The notes under the pieces were generated by a model. The model made no database searches. It saw only the letters and a program-made list of their open reading frames with translations, and was not told where the DNA came from. The position numbers and the translations under genes are program-made. Of a stretch of 64,000 nt of DNA, positions 10,197-18,550 are shown piece after piece (the stretch's first letter is position 1; every line of letters begins with the position of its first letter). The DNA lies in assembly GCA_965204745.1 (NCBI GenBank), contig OZ242010.1, forward strand, positions 2,624,001-2,688,000, read 5' to 3'. The stretch is from Candidatus Latescibacterota bacterium. Its GTDB lineage: Bacteria; Latescibacterota; UBA2968.

Positions 10197-10336
10197 GTGA
10201 TCTCTCCTAAAAAATAGAGTGAGTTGTACAGGCATGGCTTTTGCCTGCGTGCGCCAAATAACGAATAACGATGGTGGAGTAAAATTAAGGTACCACGTCG
10301 TTTCTTGTCAAGCCTAAAAGTGACGATGGGAATTGT

Positions 10337-10773
10337 GACCTACCCCCTAGCCCCGTTACTCGCTCCGCTTCGTTGTAGGCTACGCCTGTGCCTGCGAGGA
10401 AGGGGGAACTGTGAGCGGTTTTGCGAGGGGAATGGCGATAGGTTTTTTGGGGTTCATGGCATTATCCATTCACGCAAAGCCATCAAAACAGCCATGGATA
10501 CAAACCTCCAAGAAAGCCATGCGCTCCCCCTTTCCTTGTAGGAAAGGGGGCCGGGGGGATAGGTCCTGCGAGGTGTGACCTACCCCCTAACCCCCTTCCT
10601 GCGAGGAAGGGGGAACTGTGAGTGGTTTTCCGAGGGATTGCGCGAGCGGGGTTTGGATTTTCATGGCGTGATCCATTCGCGCAAAGCCATCAAAACAGCC
10701 GGGGATACAAACCTTTAAGAAAGCCATGCGCTCCCCCTTTCCTCGTAGGAAAGGGGGCCGGGGGGATAGGTCC
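10337..10773. repeat. Two tandem REP/MITE-like composite elements
   Basis: Arm B(+) ... arm A(-) at 10337-10566 and at 10577-10773; internal sequence similar to the reverse complement of 3123-3380. Confidence 0.85.
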
Positions 10774-10852
10774 CCTCGCGCCACGCCATCAGAGCAATCA
10801 GAGCAATCAGAGCTAGAAGCCATGTCAGTGGTCACTGCGCGAATAGCAACGC

Positions 10853-10886
10853 AAAAAGGAGACACCATCAAGTGTCTCCTTTTTTT
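10853..10886. terminator. Bidirectional intrinsic terminator after dksA
   Basis: AAAAAGGAGACAC-CATCAA-GTGTCTCCTTTTTTT. Confidence 0.8.
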
Positions 10887-10910
10887 ATCGCGAGCGCGGC
10901 TCATCCTCAC

Positions 10911-11351
10911 CTATTCATCGTCATCGGTTGACAGGGGCAAATCTTCTTGCCTCAAAACGCGGCGGCGGGGCCGGCTGAATTGTTGGGGTGCGCGCTCGAG
11001 GCGTTCTTGAACTTGTACGGTATAACGCGCTGTGGGCACGGCCTCGAGGCGTGCGGGATGAATTGCCTCGCCCGATTCTTCGCAGAAGCCGTACGTGCGA
11101 TTTTCAATTTTTTGCAGGGCATTGTCGATTTCGGCCAATTCGTGCCGCTCGTGATTGCCCAAGGACGTCATCAATTCCACGGACGACGCCTTGCCCGCTG
11201 CGTCGAGTGGATCCGCGGCGACATTGCCTCTGATTTCGTCGAGGTCTTCGTCTTGACTGAGCACTTGCTTGAGCAACTCGCGCCTGCGCTCAATCAGAAG
11301 GTTCCGGTAAAATTCGAGCTTTTTCGCGCTCAAAGGTCGATGCTTTGCCAT
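10911..11351 (-). CDS. dksA: DksA/TraR family transcription factor, single-Cys type
   Basis: Coiled coil with 'ADPLDAA' (DxxDxA) tip; 'TYGFCEESGEAIHPARLEAVPTARYTVQVQ'. Confidence 0.85.
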   Translation of the reverse strand: MAKHRPLSAKKLEFYRNLLIERRRELLKQVLSQDEDLDEIRGNVAADPLDAAGKASSVELMTSLGNHERHELAEIDNALQKIENRTYGFCEESGEAIHPARLEAVPTARYTVQVQERLERAPQQFSRPRRRVLRQEDLPLSTDDDE

Positions 11352-11409
11352 TGCCTGCTGGCTCCCTTTAGGTTATTTGCCCAGGTGAAGTGACGGTTCC
11401 CGTTCGCCA

Positions 11410-11850
11410 TCACAGCAACGCGATCCCTCTCGAATGACAGATGTTCGCAAAATCGCGGAGATTGAACGTGAGCATCGCGTCTATGCGGACATTGGGGTCA
11501 TCGAGGATTGCACAGATCACGGCATCCACAAGGCTCATCGCGTTGCGTTGCGTTTTGGCCCGTGTAAGCGCGTCTTCGTAGGCGTCGAGCCGATATGGAG
11601 AATCGTTGAGCAATTCGATATGAGGGCCGCGAAGGATGCTTTCAAACCGCGCAATCGTTGATGGTCTCCGCGCAAACCGCGTGTTGATGGTCTCGTACAG
11701 AACCGGCCAAGGTATGACGAGAGAAAGGATTTCGAGCCATTCTCGTTTTTCGACAGCATCGGCGTGATAACGGTCCCTCTCGTTGAAGAGCGCGAAGAAG
11801 AAGCCCGAGTCCACCAGAAGTCTATAAGGCGTGGTCATCGACATCGACAT
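11410..11850 (-). CDS. PIN domain (VapC-like) ribonuclease
   Basis: 'LLVDSGFFFAL...D.YH', 'VLYETI', 'MSLVDAVI', 'LTFN.RDF'. Confidence 0.85.
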   Translation of the reverse strand: MSMSMTTPYRLLVDSGFFFALFNERDRYHADAVEKREWLEILSLVIPWPVLYETINTRFARRPSTIARFESILRGPHIELLNDSPYRLDAYEDALTRAKTQRNAMSLVDAVICAILDDPNVRIDAMLTFNLRDFANICHSRGIALL

Positions 11851-12157
11851 CGTCGTATTCCTCGTGCAGTCCGTAGCCCACCCAAGGCGCGCTCTTGCGG
11901 CGACCGATGAGGAAGTGCCCCCGTAGGCGCATTTTTTTTTGATAGACGATATATATCCGCGAGCGTTTGTCCAGTGCGACCGCGCCCTCTATCTCGGCCT
12001 TGAGAGATTCACACAGGGCTTCTCCGTCATGAGAAAACCAAAAACACGCCACGCTACTGCCGCATTCTTTTGCATTTTGATCATCGAGCCATGCGTACAG
12101 GCCTTCGTAATCGCCGCGCACACCGAGATCAAAAGACAGCCAAATCAATTTTTTCAC
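11822..12157 (-). CDS. Hypothetical protein coupled to the PIN gene (possible Cas2/VapD-like ferredoxin fold)
   Basis: GGAGG SD then GTG at 12157; 'IWLSFDLGVRGDYEGLYAWLD'; overlaps the PIN start. Confidence 0.7.
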   Translation of the reverse strand: MKKLIWLSFDLGVRGDYEGLYAWLDDQNAKECGSSVACFWFSHDGEALCESLKAEIEGAVALDKRSRIYIVYQKKMRLRGHFLIGRRKSAPWVGYGLHEEYDDVDVDDHAL

Positions 12158-12248
12158 GCGCTTATCCTCCAGCTTTTGGGGTGGCGATGCAAAAGTGAGA
12201 CAATTTATAGAATCAAAAAATAATGTCAAGTCAGGGAAATGGATCGCG

Positions 12249-13958
12249 CTATTTCCGAAGCGCGGTGAGAAAATCTTCTGCGGAAAGCGCGTTGAGCACG
12301 TCAGCGGGGGTTAGGCCGCCTTTGCGGGCGATGCCCAAGCCATAACGCATATTTTCGAGCTCTTCAATGCTGTGGGCGTCTGTGTTGATCGGAATTTGCA
12401 CGCCTTTTTTTTGGGCGTACTCCAGAAATCGCCAGTCCAGATCCAATCGGGCGGGATTGGCATTGATCTCGATTGCGGTGCGCGTGTTGGCGGCAACGTC
12501 GATAACCGCCCTCATGTCGACCGGATAGCCCTCGCGCGCGAGCAGCAACCGCCCCGTGGGATGGCCCAAAATATCGACATGCGGATTTTGAACCGCGCGA
12601 ATCAACCGGGCGGTGGCCTCTTTCTCGGTCATTGAAAACTTCGAATGCACGGATGCGACCACGAGATCAAATTCGGCCAAAAACGCATCGTCAAAATCCA
12701 AGCGTCCATCGCTCAAAATATCGACCTCGATTCCCTTCAATATCCGAATGCCCGCCACCTCAGCGGCAACCCGGTCGATCTCGTCCCACTGCGAACGCAC
12801 GCGGTCTTCGGTCAACCCATGGGCATAGGCGGCGGCCTTGCTGTGATCGCAAATGCCGATGTAGGTATGGCCCAGTGCTTTTGCGGCCCGCGCCATGGCC
12901 TCGATGCCGTGCCGCCCGTCGCTATATGTCGTGTGGATGTGAAGCGTGCCCTTGAGATCGGCTCGCGCGACCAACTCGGGCAAGGGGCCTCGTGCGGCGC
13001 GCTCGATCTCGCCTCTGCCCTCGCGCAATTCCGGGGGGATATAGTGCAGTCCCAGCGCGGCGAACAGTGCTTTCTCGTCGGGGCAATCCACGCCTTCATC
13101 GCCCTGAAACAACCCGGATTCATCGAGCTTCATCCCCCGATCCTTTGCCCGTTGTCGCATCGCGGCGTTGTGTTCTCGGCTACCTGTAAAATGGTGCAAT
13201 ACATGTGGAAAGGCCGCATCCTCCGCGATCAGCAACTCTGCGCGCATGCCCGAATCCAACACGACGTTCGCTTTGGTTTTGCCGCGGCCCGTCATCTCTT
13301 TCGCGCCGGGGTACTGGCCGAATGCCGTGGCGAGTTCCTCCCGGTCTTTCGCGCTCGCGACGATAATGACATCCTCGGTCGTTTCCGCGCATCGGCGCAC
13401 GTTGCCCGCGATAGCCAACCGCGTCACCCCCGGTTGCTCGGACAGGTACGCGCGCAATGCCTCGGCTTCGGTTTGTGCGGTGTGGCACAGGAATTGCCCG
13501 CGGTGTTGTTGCAAAAAGGACACGCCGCGCAGAATGCTTTGCGCGGTTTTTTTGCCAAAACCGCGCAGTTTTTCGATTTCGCCAGCCTCGCACGCCTTAG
13601 CGAGTGCATCCACGTCGGCAATGCCGAGTTGTTTGTAAATAGACCGCACCCGCTTCGCGCCCAAGCCGGGCACAGCGGTCATCTCGAACAACCCCTCGGG
13701 CAGGGCCTCGCGCAACTCGTTCAGGCCCGGCAACTCGCCGGTTTCGATCATGGTTTCGATCATGCCCCCGATCTTGCTGCCGATGGAGCGCACGGATTCC
13801 AATTCGCCGCGCGCGCTCAAGTCCGTGGCGGGTTCTTGCAGTTGGTCAATTTGCCGCGCTGCTCGGGCGTACAACCGAATGCGATACGGGTGTTCGCCGT
13901 GCAGTTCCATCAGCGTGGTCAGGTCTGTCAGCGCGTTTGCAATGTCTTTGTTGGTCAT
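12249..13958 (-). CDS. polX: DNA polymerase X / PHP 3'-5' exonuclease
   Basis: HhH motifs, 'HFTGSREHN', 'YIPPELREG'; PHP motifs HIHTTYSDG, CDHS, GIEVDI, GHP, NTDAH. Confidence 0.95.
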   Translation of the reverse strand: MTNKDIANALTDLTTLMELHGEHPYRIRLYARAARQIDQLQEPATDLSARGELESVRSIGSKIGGMIETMIETGELPGLNELREALPEGLFEMTAVPGLGAKRVRSIYKQLGIADVDALAKACEAGEIEKLRGFGKKTAQSILRGVSFLQQHRGQFLCHTAQTEAEALRAYLSEQPGVTRLAIAGNVRRCAETTEDVIIVASAKDREELATAFGQYPGAKEMTGRGKTKANVVLDSGMRAELLIAEDAAFPHVLHHFTGSREHNAAMRQRAKDRGMKLDESGLFQGDEGVDCPDEKALFAALGLHYIPPELREGRGEIERAARGPLPELVARADLKGTLHIHTTYSDGRHGIEAMARAAKALGHTYIGICDHSKAAAYAHGLTEDRVRSQWDEIDRVAAEVAGIRILKGIEVDILSDGRLDFDDAFLAEFDLVVASVHSKFSMTEKEATARLIRAVQNPHVDILGHPTGRLLLAREGYPVDMRAVIDVAANTRTAIEINANPARLDLDWRFLEYAQKKGVQIPINTDAHSIEELENMRYGLGIARKGGLTPADVLNALSAEDFLTALRK

Positions 13959-14303
13959 TCAAAACCACCTTGAAATGTCGTGGACATTGGGGAATGAAGA
14001 TGTATTTTACAGCGGTGAGACGGGATTTTAGCCACAAAAGGCACAAAAAGGGTGCAACTGGCGATAGCTCGTTCAAAGGCGAGCAGTGTGTAGGGGCGAT
14101 GCCCCCGTGCTCGCCCGAAGTCAGTGGTCAGTAGTCAGTAGTCAGTCCCCACCCCGCCCAACTCCCTTTGGTGAGCCGTAAGACGGGAGACGGGAGGTAG
14201 CCCCGCCACCGCCCAAGTAGTCAGTGGTCAGTTCCCATCCCAAAAACAACTGACCGTTGATCGCTTGCACACATCAATATAGATGGGGAAAGGCAGCGCG
14301 TCA

Positions 14304-15365
14304 ATGAATGGAAAATTGAAAATCGCAGTCGTCGGGTTGGGGCGGATTGGGTGGCGGTTTCACTTTCAGCAGGCCCTTGCATCCGACCAATTTGAACTCG
14401 TCTCAGTGGTCGATCCCCTGCCCGACCGGTTGGCCGAGGCCCGCGTTGCAGCGGGGTGTGAGACCCTGACGGCGTTTGACGAGTTGTGGTCGCGGCCCGC
14501 GCCGGATGTGGTGGTCATTGCCACGCCGACCACCTTGCACGAAAGCATGACGATTCGCGCCTTAGAGGCGGGGTGTCACGTCATTCTCGAAAAGCCCATG
14601 ACCACGTCCATTGCGTCGGCGGATAGGATGATCGCCCAAGCGCGAAAATGCGACCGCCGCATCTTTCTCTATCAACCCCATCGCCTCACGCCTGAAACGC
14701 AAACCGCGCGCGAGGTGATTCAAAGCGGGTTGCTAGGGCCTGTGTATGCGATTCACCGGGGCGTGTATCGGTATGTGCGCCGCAATGATTGGCAGAGTTT
14801 GCGGAAAAACGGCGGGGGTATGTTGAACAATTACGGCGCGCATTACATCGACCAACTCATCTATCTCTCGGACGATTCGTCCGTTGCAGAAGTCGATTGC
14901 AAGCTCTGGGCTATCGCCACCCGAGGCGACGCGGACGACGTGGTCAAGGCGTGGATCAAAAAGGAGTCTGGGCAACTCTTGGACATGCAGATCAATCAGG
15001 CATCGGCTTATGACATGCCCACCTGGCATATTTGCGGGCACTACGGCACGGCCATTCGCACGGGCAATGCGTTCAAGGTGCGGTATTACGACCCGGCAGC
15101 AGCGCGACCGCTGTCGGTTATCGAAGGCGCGGCGCCCGACCGCAGTTACGACAACTACGACCGGTTGCCGTGGCGGGAAAAGGAGTTTCCCATTGCACGA
15201 GACAAACAGCGCGATTTTTACGCCAATATCTACGATGTGATTGTCGCCGATGCCGCGCCCCACATTCGCATCGAGGAATCGCGCGAACTCATGCGCGTGA
15301 TGGATTTGTGCCGGCGAGGCAATCGGGATTTTGTGGATGAACCCCAAACAAAGGATGTGCGATGA
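14304..15365 (+). CDS. Gfo/Idh/MocA oxidoreductase
   Basis: 'VVGLGRIG', 'IATPTTLH', 'LEKPM', 'GGGMLNNYGAHYID'. Confidence 0.9.
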   Translation: MNGKLKIAVVGLGRIGWRFHFQQALASDQFELVSVVDPLPDRLAEARVAAGCETLTAFDELWSRPAPDVVVIATPTTLHESMTIRALEAGCHVILEKPMTTSIASADRMIAQARKCDRRIFLYQPHRLTPETQTAREVIQSGLLGPVYAIHRGVYRYVRRNDWQSLRKNGGGMLNNYGAHYIDQLIYLSDDSSVAEVDCKLWAIATRGDADDVVKAWIKKESGQLLDMQINQASAYDMPTWHICGHYGTAIRTGNAFKVRYYDPAAARPLSVIEGAAPDRSYDNYDRLPWREKEFPIARDKQRDFYANIYDVIVADAAPHIRIEESRELMRVMDLCRRGNRDFVDEPQTKDVR

Positions 15366-16216
15366 AATTGTCACTCACTTCTGTCATGCTTCCCAGATGG
15401 GATTTGGAGACCACCTTTGCAAAACTCGCAACACACGGGTACGAGGGCATTGAACTCCGCTGTCGGTACAATCCCGAAGACCCGGATGCAGAACCGTCCA
15501 ACTGGGGCCGGCATCTCACCGACGTCAGCCCGGACAATATCGCGGCCAAGGCGGCGCAGATCCGCGACCTGTCGCAACAAACCGGGGTGCGCGTGTGCGC
15601 CCTCGCGCCCAATTTTACGTGCGATCAGACCGAGATTATCGACAAAATTTTCAACGGCGCGCTCGCCATCGACCCGGACAATCCCCCGCTCATTCGCATC
15701 GGCGCACAACGGCACGACCGATCCCGGCCCTATTTGCCGCAATTCTTGGACGCACGCGCGGGCTTTGCCCATCTGGTTGAACGGGCGCACGATTGCGGGG
15801 TCAAGATCATCTACGAGATTCACGTCGGCACGATTGCGGTGAGCGCATCTCGGGCTATCGAGCTCCTAAACAATTTCGACCCCAATCACATCGGCGCGAT
15901 TTTCGATGTGCCCAACATGATCCGCGTTGGCCTTGAGGACAGCAAGATGGGCCTCGAACTCCTCGGCCCGTACCTCGCGCATGTACACATCGGCAATGCC
16001 ACGCCCGTGCAAACCCAACGCGACGCCACCGGAAGCATGCACTGGCAATGGGATTTTTGCGACCTGCGAGAAGGCATGGCCGATATCCCCCAAATCATCC
16101 AAGACCTCAAGGACGTGGGGTATCAGGGCTACATCTCGCTCGAAGAATTTGGCCCGGGCGACGACGAAAAGAAAATCAGCGGCGAAGGGGCGTATTTGAA
16201 GGAGTTGATCGGGTAG
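15362..16216 (+). CDS. Sugar-phosphate isomerase/epimerase (xylose-isomerase-like TIM barrel)
   Basis: 'GYEGIELR', 'YEIH', 'FDVPN', 'HVHIGN', 'GYQGYISLE'. Confidence 0.85.
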   Translation: MKLSLTSVMLPRWDLETTFAKLATHGYEGIELRCRYNPEDPDAEPSNWGRHLTDVSPDNIAAKAAQIRDLSQQTGVRVCALAPNFTCDQTEIIDKIFNGALAIDPDNPPLIRIGAQRHDRSRPYLPQFLDARAGFAHLVERAHDCGVKIIYEIHVGTIAVSASRAIELLNNFDPNHIGAIFDVPNMIRVGLEDSKMGLELLGPYLAHVHIGNATPVQTQRDATGSMHWQWDFCDLREGMADIPQIIQDLKDVGYQGYISLEEFGPGDDEKKISGEGAYLKELIG

Positions 16217-16272
16217 TGGTCAGTGGTCAGTGGTCAGTGGTCAGTGGTCAGTGGTCAGTGGTCAGTGGTCAG
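16216..16272 (+). repeat. Heptamer tandem repeat (GTGGTCA)x8
   Basis: Read directly; shorter arrays near 14120, 14220, 23559, 23712, 36200, 44165 (reverse) and 60157 (reverse). Confidence 0.95.
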
Positions 16273-16363
16273 TCCGCCCCGCCCAACCCCCTTCGATGAG
16301 ACGCAAGACGTGAGATGGAAGTTTAGCCACGAGCGGGGTACAACTGCTCCAGCAGTTCAAGTG

Positions 16364-16522
16364 CTTTTGTAACAGGACGATATGCGTCAGCCTGCAAGGT
16401 GGGTTGCAACATGGATGTGGGTTGCCAGACGGCCTTGCGCGCTGTGCGTGATGGCTTTAGCTGATGGGCTTTTGAGATGGCAGGGGTGCCATGGCTTCGC
16501 TGAATGACTGCGGTACGTCAAG
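16364..16522 (+). repeat. Partial copy of the 59651-60006 element
   Basis: Shares 'TTTGTAACAG.AC.ATATGCGTCAGCCTGCAA.GTGGGTTGCAACATGGA...CTGAATGACTGCG....GTCAAGG'. Confidence 0.85.
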
Positions 16523-16629
16523 GGCTTCGCTCGTTGTCCACATATCGCATCACATGAGGACAACAGAAATTCAATTTGGTATTATATCTGTCCTCGTGTA
16601 CAACGCCTGAATTGAAGGTATGAAGAAAG

Positions 16630-16887
16630 ATGACGTTCAGGATTTCAGCACATGCACGTCGGGAAATGTTGCGAAGGGGGATTTCAGAACTATGGGTTCG
16701 CAATATTACGGAAAACCCGGGGCAGATTGTTCCGGTGCGAGAGGGGAAGAAAGCATATCAATCTCTGAAAGCGTTGAAAGGCAAGACATATCTCGTACGT
16801 GTCATTGTCGCCGATGACGAAGACCCCTGTGTTGTCGTTACAGTTTATCTCACGAGTAAAATTGGAAAGTATTGGAGGCCCGCATGA
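16630..16887 (+). CDS. DUF4258-type putative toxin (RelE-like fold)
   Basis: 'FRISAHARREMLRRGISE...LVRVIV...VVVTVY.TSKI.KYW'. Confidence 0.8.
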   Translation: MTFRISAHARREMLRRGISELWVRNITENPGQIVPVREGKKAYQSLKALKGKTYLVRVIVADDEDPCVVVTVYLTSKIGKYWRPA

Positions 16888-17078
16888 AAGTGAACTACGA
16901 TTCTGAAGTCGATGTGTTGCGTATCATTTTGAAAGACACGCCGATTGAGGAAAGCGATGAAGAAAAGCCGGGCGTCGTTCTGGATTATGACAAGGATGGC
17001 AATATCGTTGGGCTTGAAGTTTTGGATGCGTCTTTGCGCGTGGAGAATCCCAAAGCCGTTGAATATGCTGTAGAATAA
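16884..17078 (+). CDS. DUF2283 putative antitoxin
   Basis: 'MKVNYDSEVDVLRI...ESDE..PGVVLDYDKDGNIVGLEVLDAS'. Confidence 0.9.
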   Translation: MKVNYDSEVDVLRIILKDTPIEESDEEKPGVVLDYDKDGNIVGLEVLDASLRVENPKAVEYAVE

Positions 17079-17201
17079 CGCGCTATCCGCCCAACCCTTT
17101 GTCTGAATCGCGGACTAAAAATCCGTCCGCTCGCGCCAAACAAAAAGCCCGGGTTCGCAATGAACGCGGGCTCGTGTTTTACGCCGTATGTGTTCTGCGC
17201 T

Positions 17202-18002
17202 TCAGTACCCCATGCTTCGCAGGTACTCGCGGTTGGATTTTGCCGCTTCTGCTGAGGATTTGGGTGGATAGGGGCGGTCGAGTTCGACGGATATCCAGCC
17301 GTCATAGCCGATAGCTTCGAGTTTTTCCAATGTGGCTTTTGCGTCAAAGCCGAGGTTGCCCGCGCCGAGTTCTGCGAATCGCGCTTCTGCGTTAAACTGC
17401 CCAGTGCGGTGGTTCCACGTTGCGGGATCATCGGCGTGAACATCTTTCAAATGCACATGACCAATGCGATCTCGCAACACCGCGCTGTCAAACACGCGCA
17501 TGGGATCGCTGCCCGATGCTAAGAGGTGCCCGGTGTCGTAGAGCAACCACAAATCGGGCGCGGCGGTCATCAGTTTTTCCGCGTCTTCGACGGTCTCGAT
17601 CAGGGTTCGCATGTGCGCGTGGTGAAAGCCCTTCACATGGTGCGCGGCGCAATAGGCCAGCAGGTCGTCCAGGGTACGCGCCGCGGTTTCGATATCCGCA
17701 TCGCTCGGTTCATCGCCGCCCCATGCCGCGCGCCTGAGCGAGGGCACTTCTGCGGCCTCGTTGCCCAATGCGATATTGTACCGAATCCTATCGCGTGGGG
17801 TCGACCCGCCCACGTTGACCAGATGCAGGCCATGGCTTCTTGCGAGATTGGCCTTATCGACCAGATCGTCGGCATGTTCAATTCTCAGACCTTCCACGCC
17901 ATCCCATCCGGCTTCGGCGACTTCTGCCAACACCTTTTCGGGATGCTCATGTTGCTCTCCCCGAAACTGAATCAAATGACAAGCCAACTTGAATGTGCCC
18001 AT
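17202..18002 (-). CDS. Sugar-phosphate isomerase/epimerase (IolE-like TIM barrel)
   Basis: 'GWDGVEG', 'FHHAHMRT.IET', 'YDTGH', 'HVHLKD', 'FAELGAG', 'YDGWISVELD'. Confidence 0.85.
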   Translation of the reverse strand: MGTFKLACHLIQFRGEQHEHPEKVLAEVAEAGWDGVEGLRIEHADDLVDKANLARSHGLHLVNVGGSTPRDRIRYNIALGNEAAEVPSLRRAAWGGDEPSDADIETAARTLDDLLAYCAAHHVKGFHHAHMRTLIETVEDAEKLMTAAPDLWLLYDTGHLLASGSDPMRVFDSAVLRDRIGHVHLKDVHADDPATWNHRTGQFNAEARFAELGAGNLGFDAKATLEKLEAIGYDGWISVELDRPYPPKSSAEAAKSNREYLRSMGY

Positions 18003-18176
18003 CCTGCATCCTTTCTGAAGAGTGGTTGTCGATCGGCGTTGATACTGTTTTTGGTGACTTGCGAAAAATTCCCAGTACGATTTATTTCGGGTTGACTTTT
18101 GAATCGCACAAGCGTAATTTGTCAACAACTTACGCGAACTTCCGTCGGTGGACAATTCAATTCAGGAGGTACTGAC

Positions 18177-18473
18177 ATGGCAATGACATTTGAGGAACTC
18201 GACAAGCAACAAGGCATACATGAACGCCGCCTTGAGACAATGGAAAAACGGCAAGACAAACAGGACGACGCGCTTGCAGAGATGAACGCGCACATCGGGG
18301 ATGTCGACAGGCGTCAAGCGAAACTGGAAGGGATTATAGAAGAAATTAGCGGCACGTTGGTCGAAATCAAGGAAGGACAGCGAGAATTGAGAAACGGGCA
18401 ATGGCGGCTCGTTCTGTTGATTTTTGGTGCATGGGTAACTTTGGCGGGGTTGATCCTGTTCAAACTGAGTTGA
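18177..18473 (+). CDS. Small coiled-coil protein with a C-terminal TM helix
   Basis: AGGAGG SD; heptad pattern followed by 'WRLVLLIFGAWVTLAGLILF'. Confidence 0.75.
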   Translation: MAMTFEELDKQQGIHERRLETMEKRQDKQDDALAEMNAHIGDVDRRQAKLEGIIEEISGTLVEIKEGQRELRNGQWRLVLLIFGAWVTLAGLILFKLS

Positions 18474-18503
18474 TTTCAACACGCCCCTCAAACACCGTGC
18501 GAT

Positions 18504-18543
18504 AAGGCGACCTGTTTTGAAGTAGGTCGCCTTGATTTTTTTT
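18504..18543 (+). terminator. Intrinsic terminator
   Basis: AAGGCGACCT...AGGTCGCCTT followed by a T-run. Confidence 0.75.
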
Positions 18544-18550
18544 AAGAACT

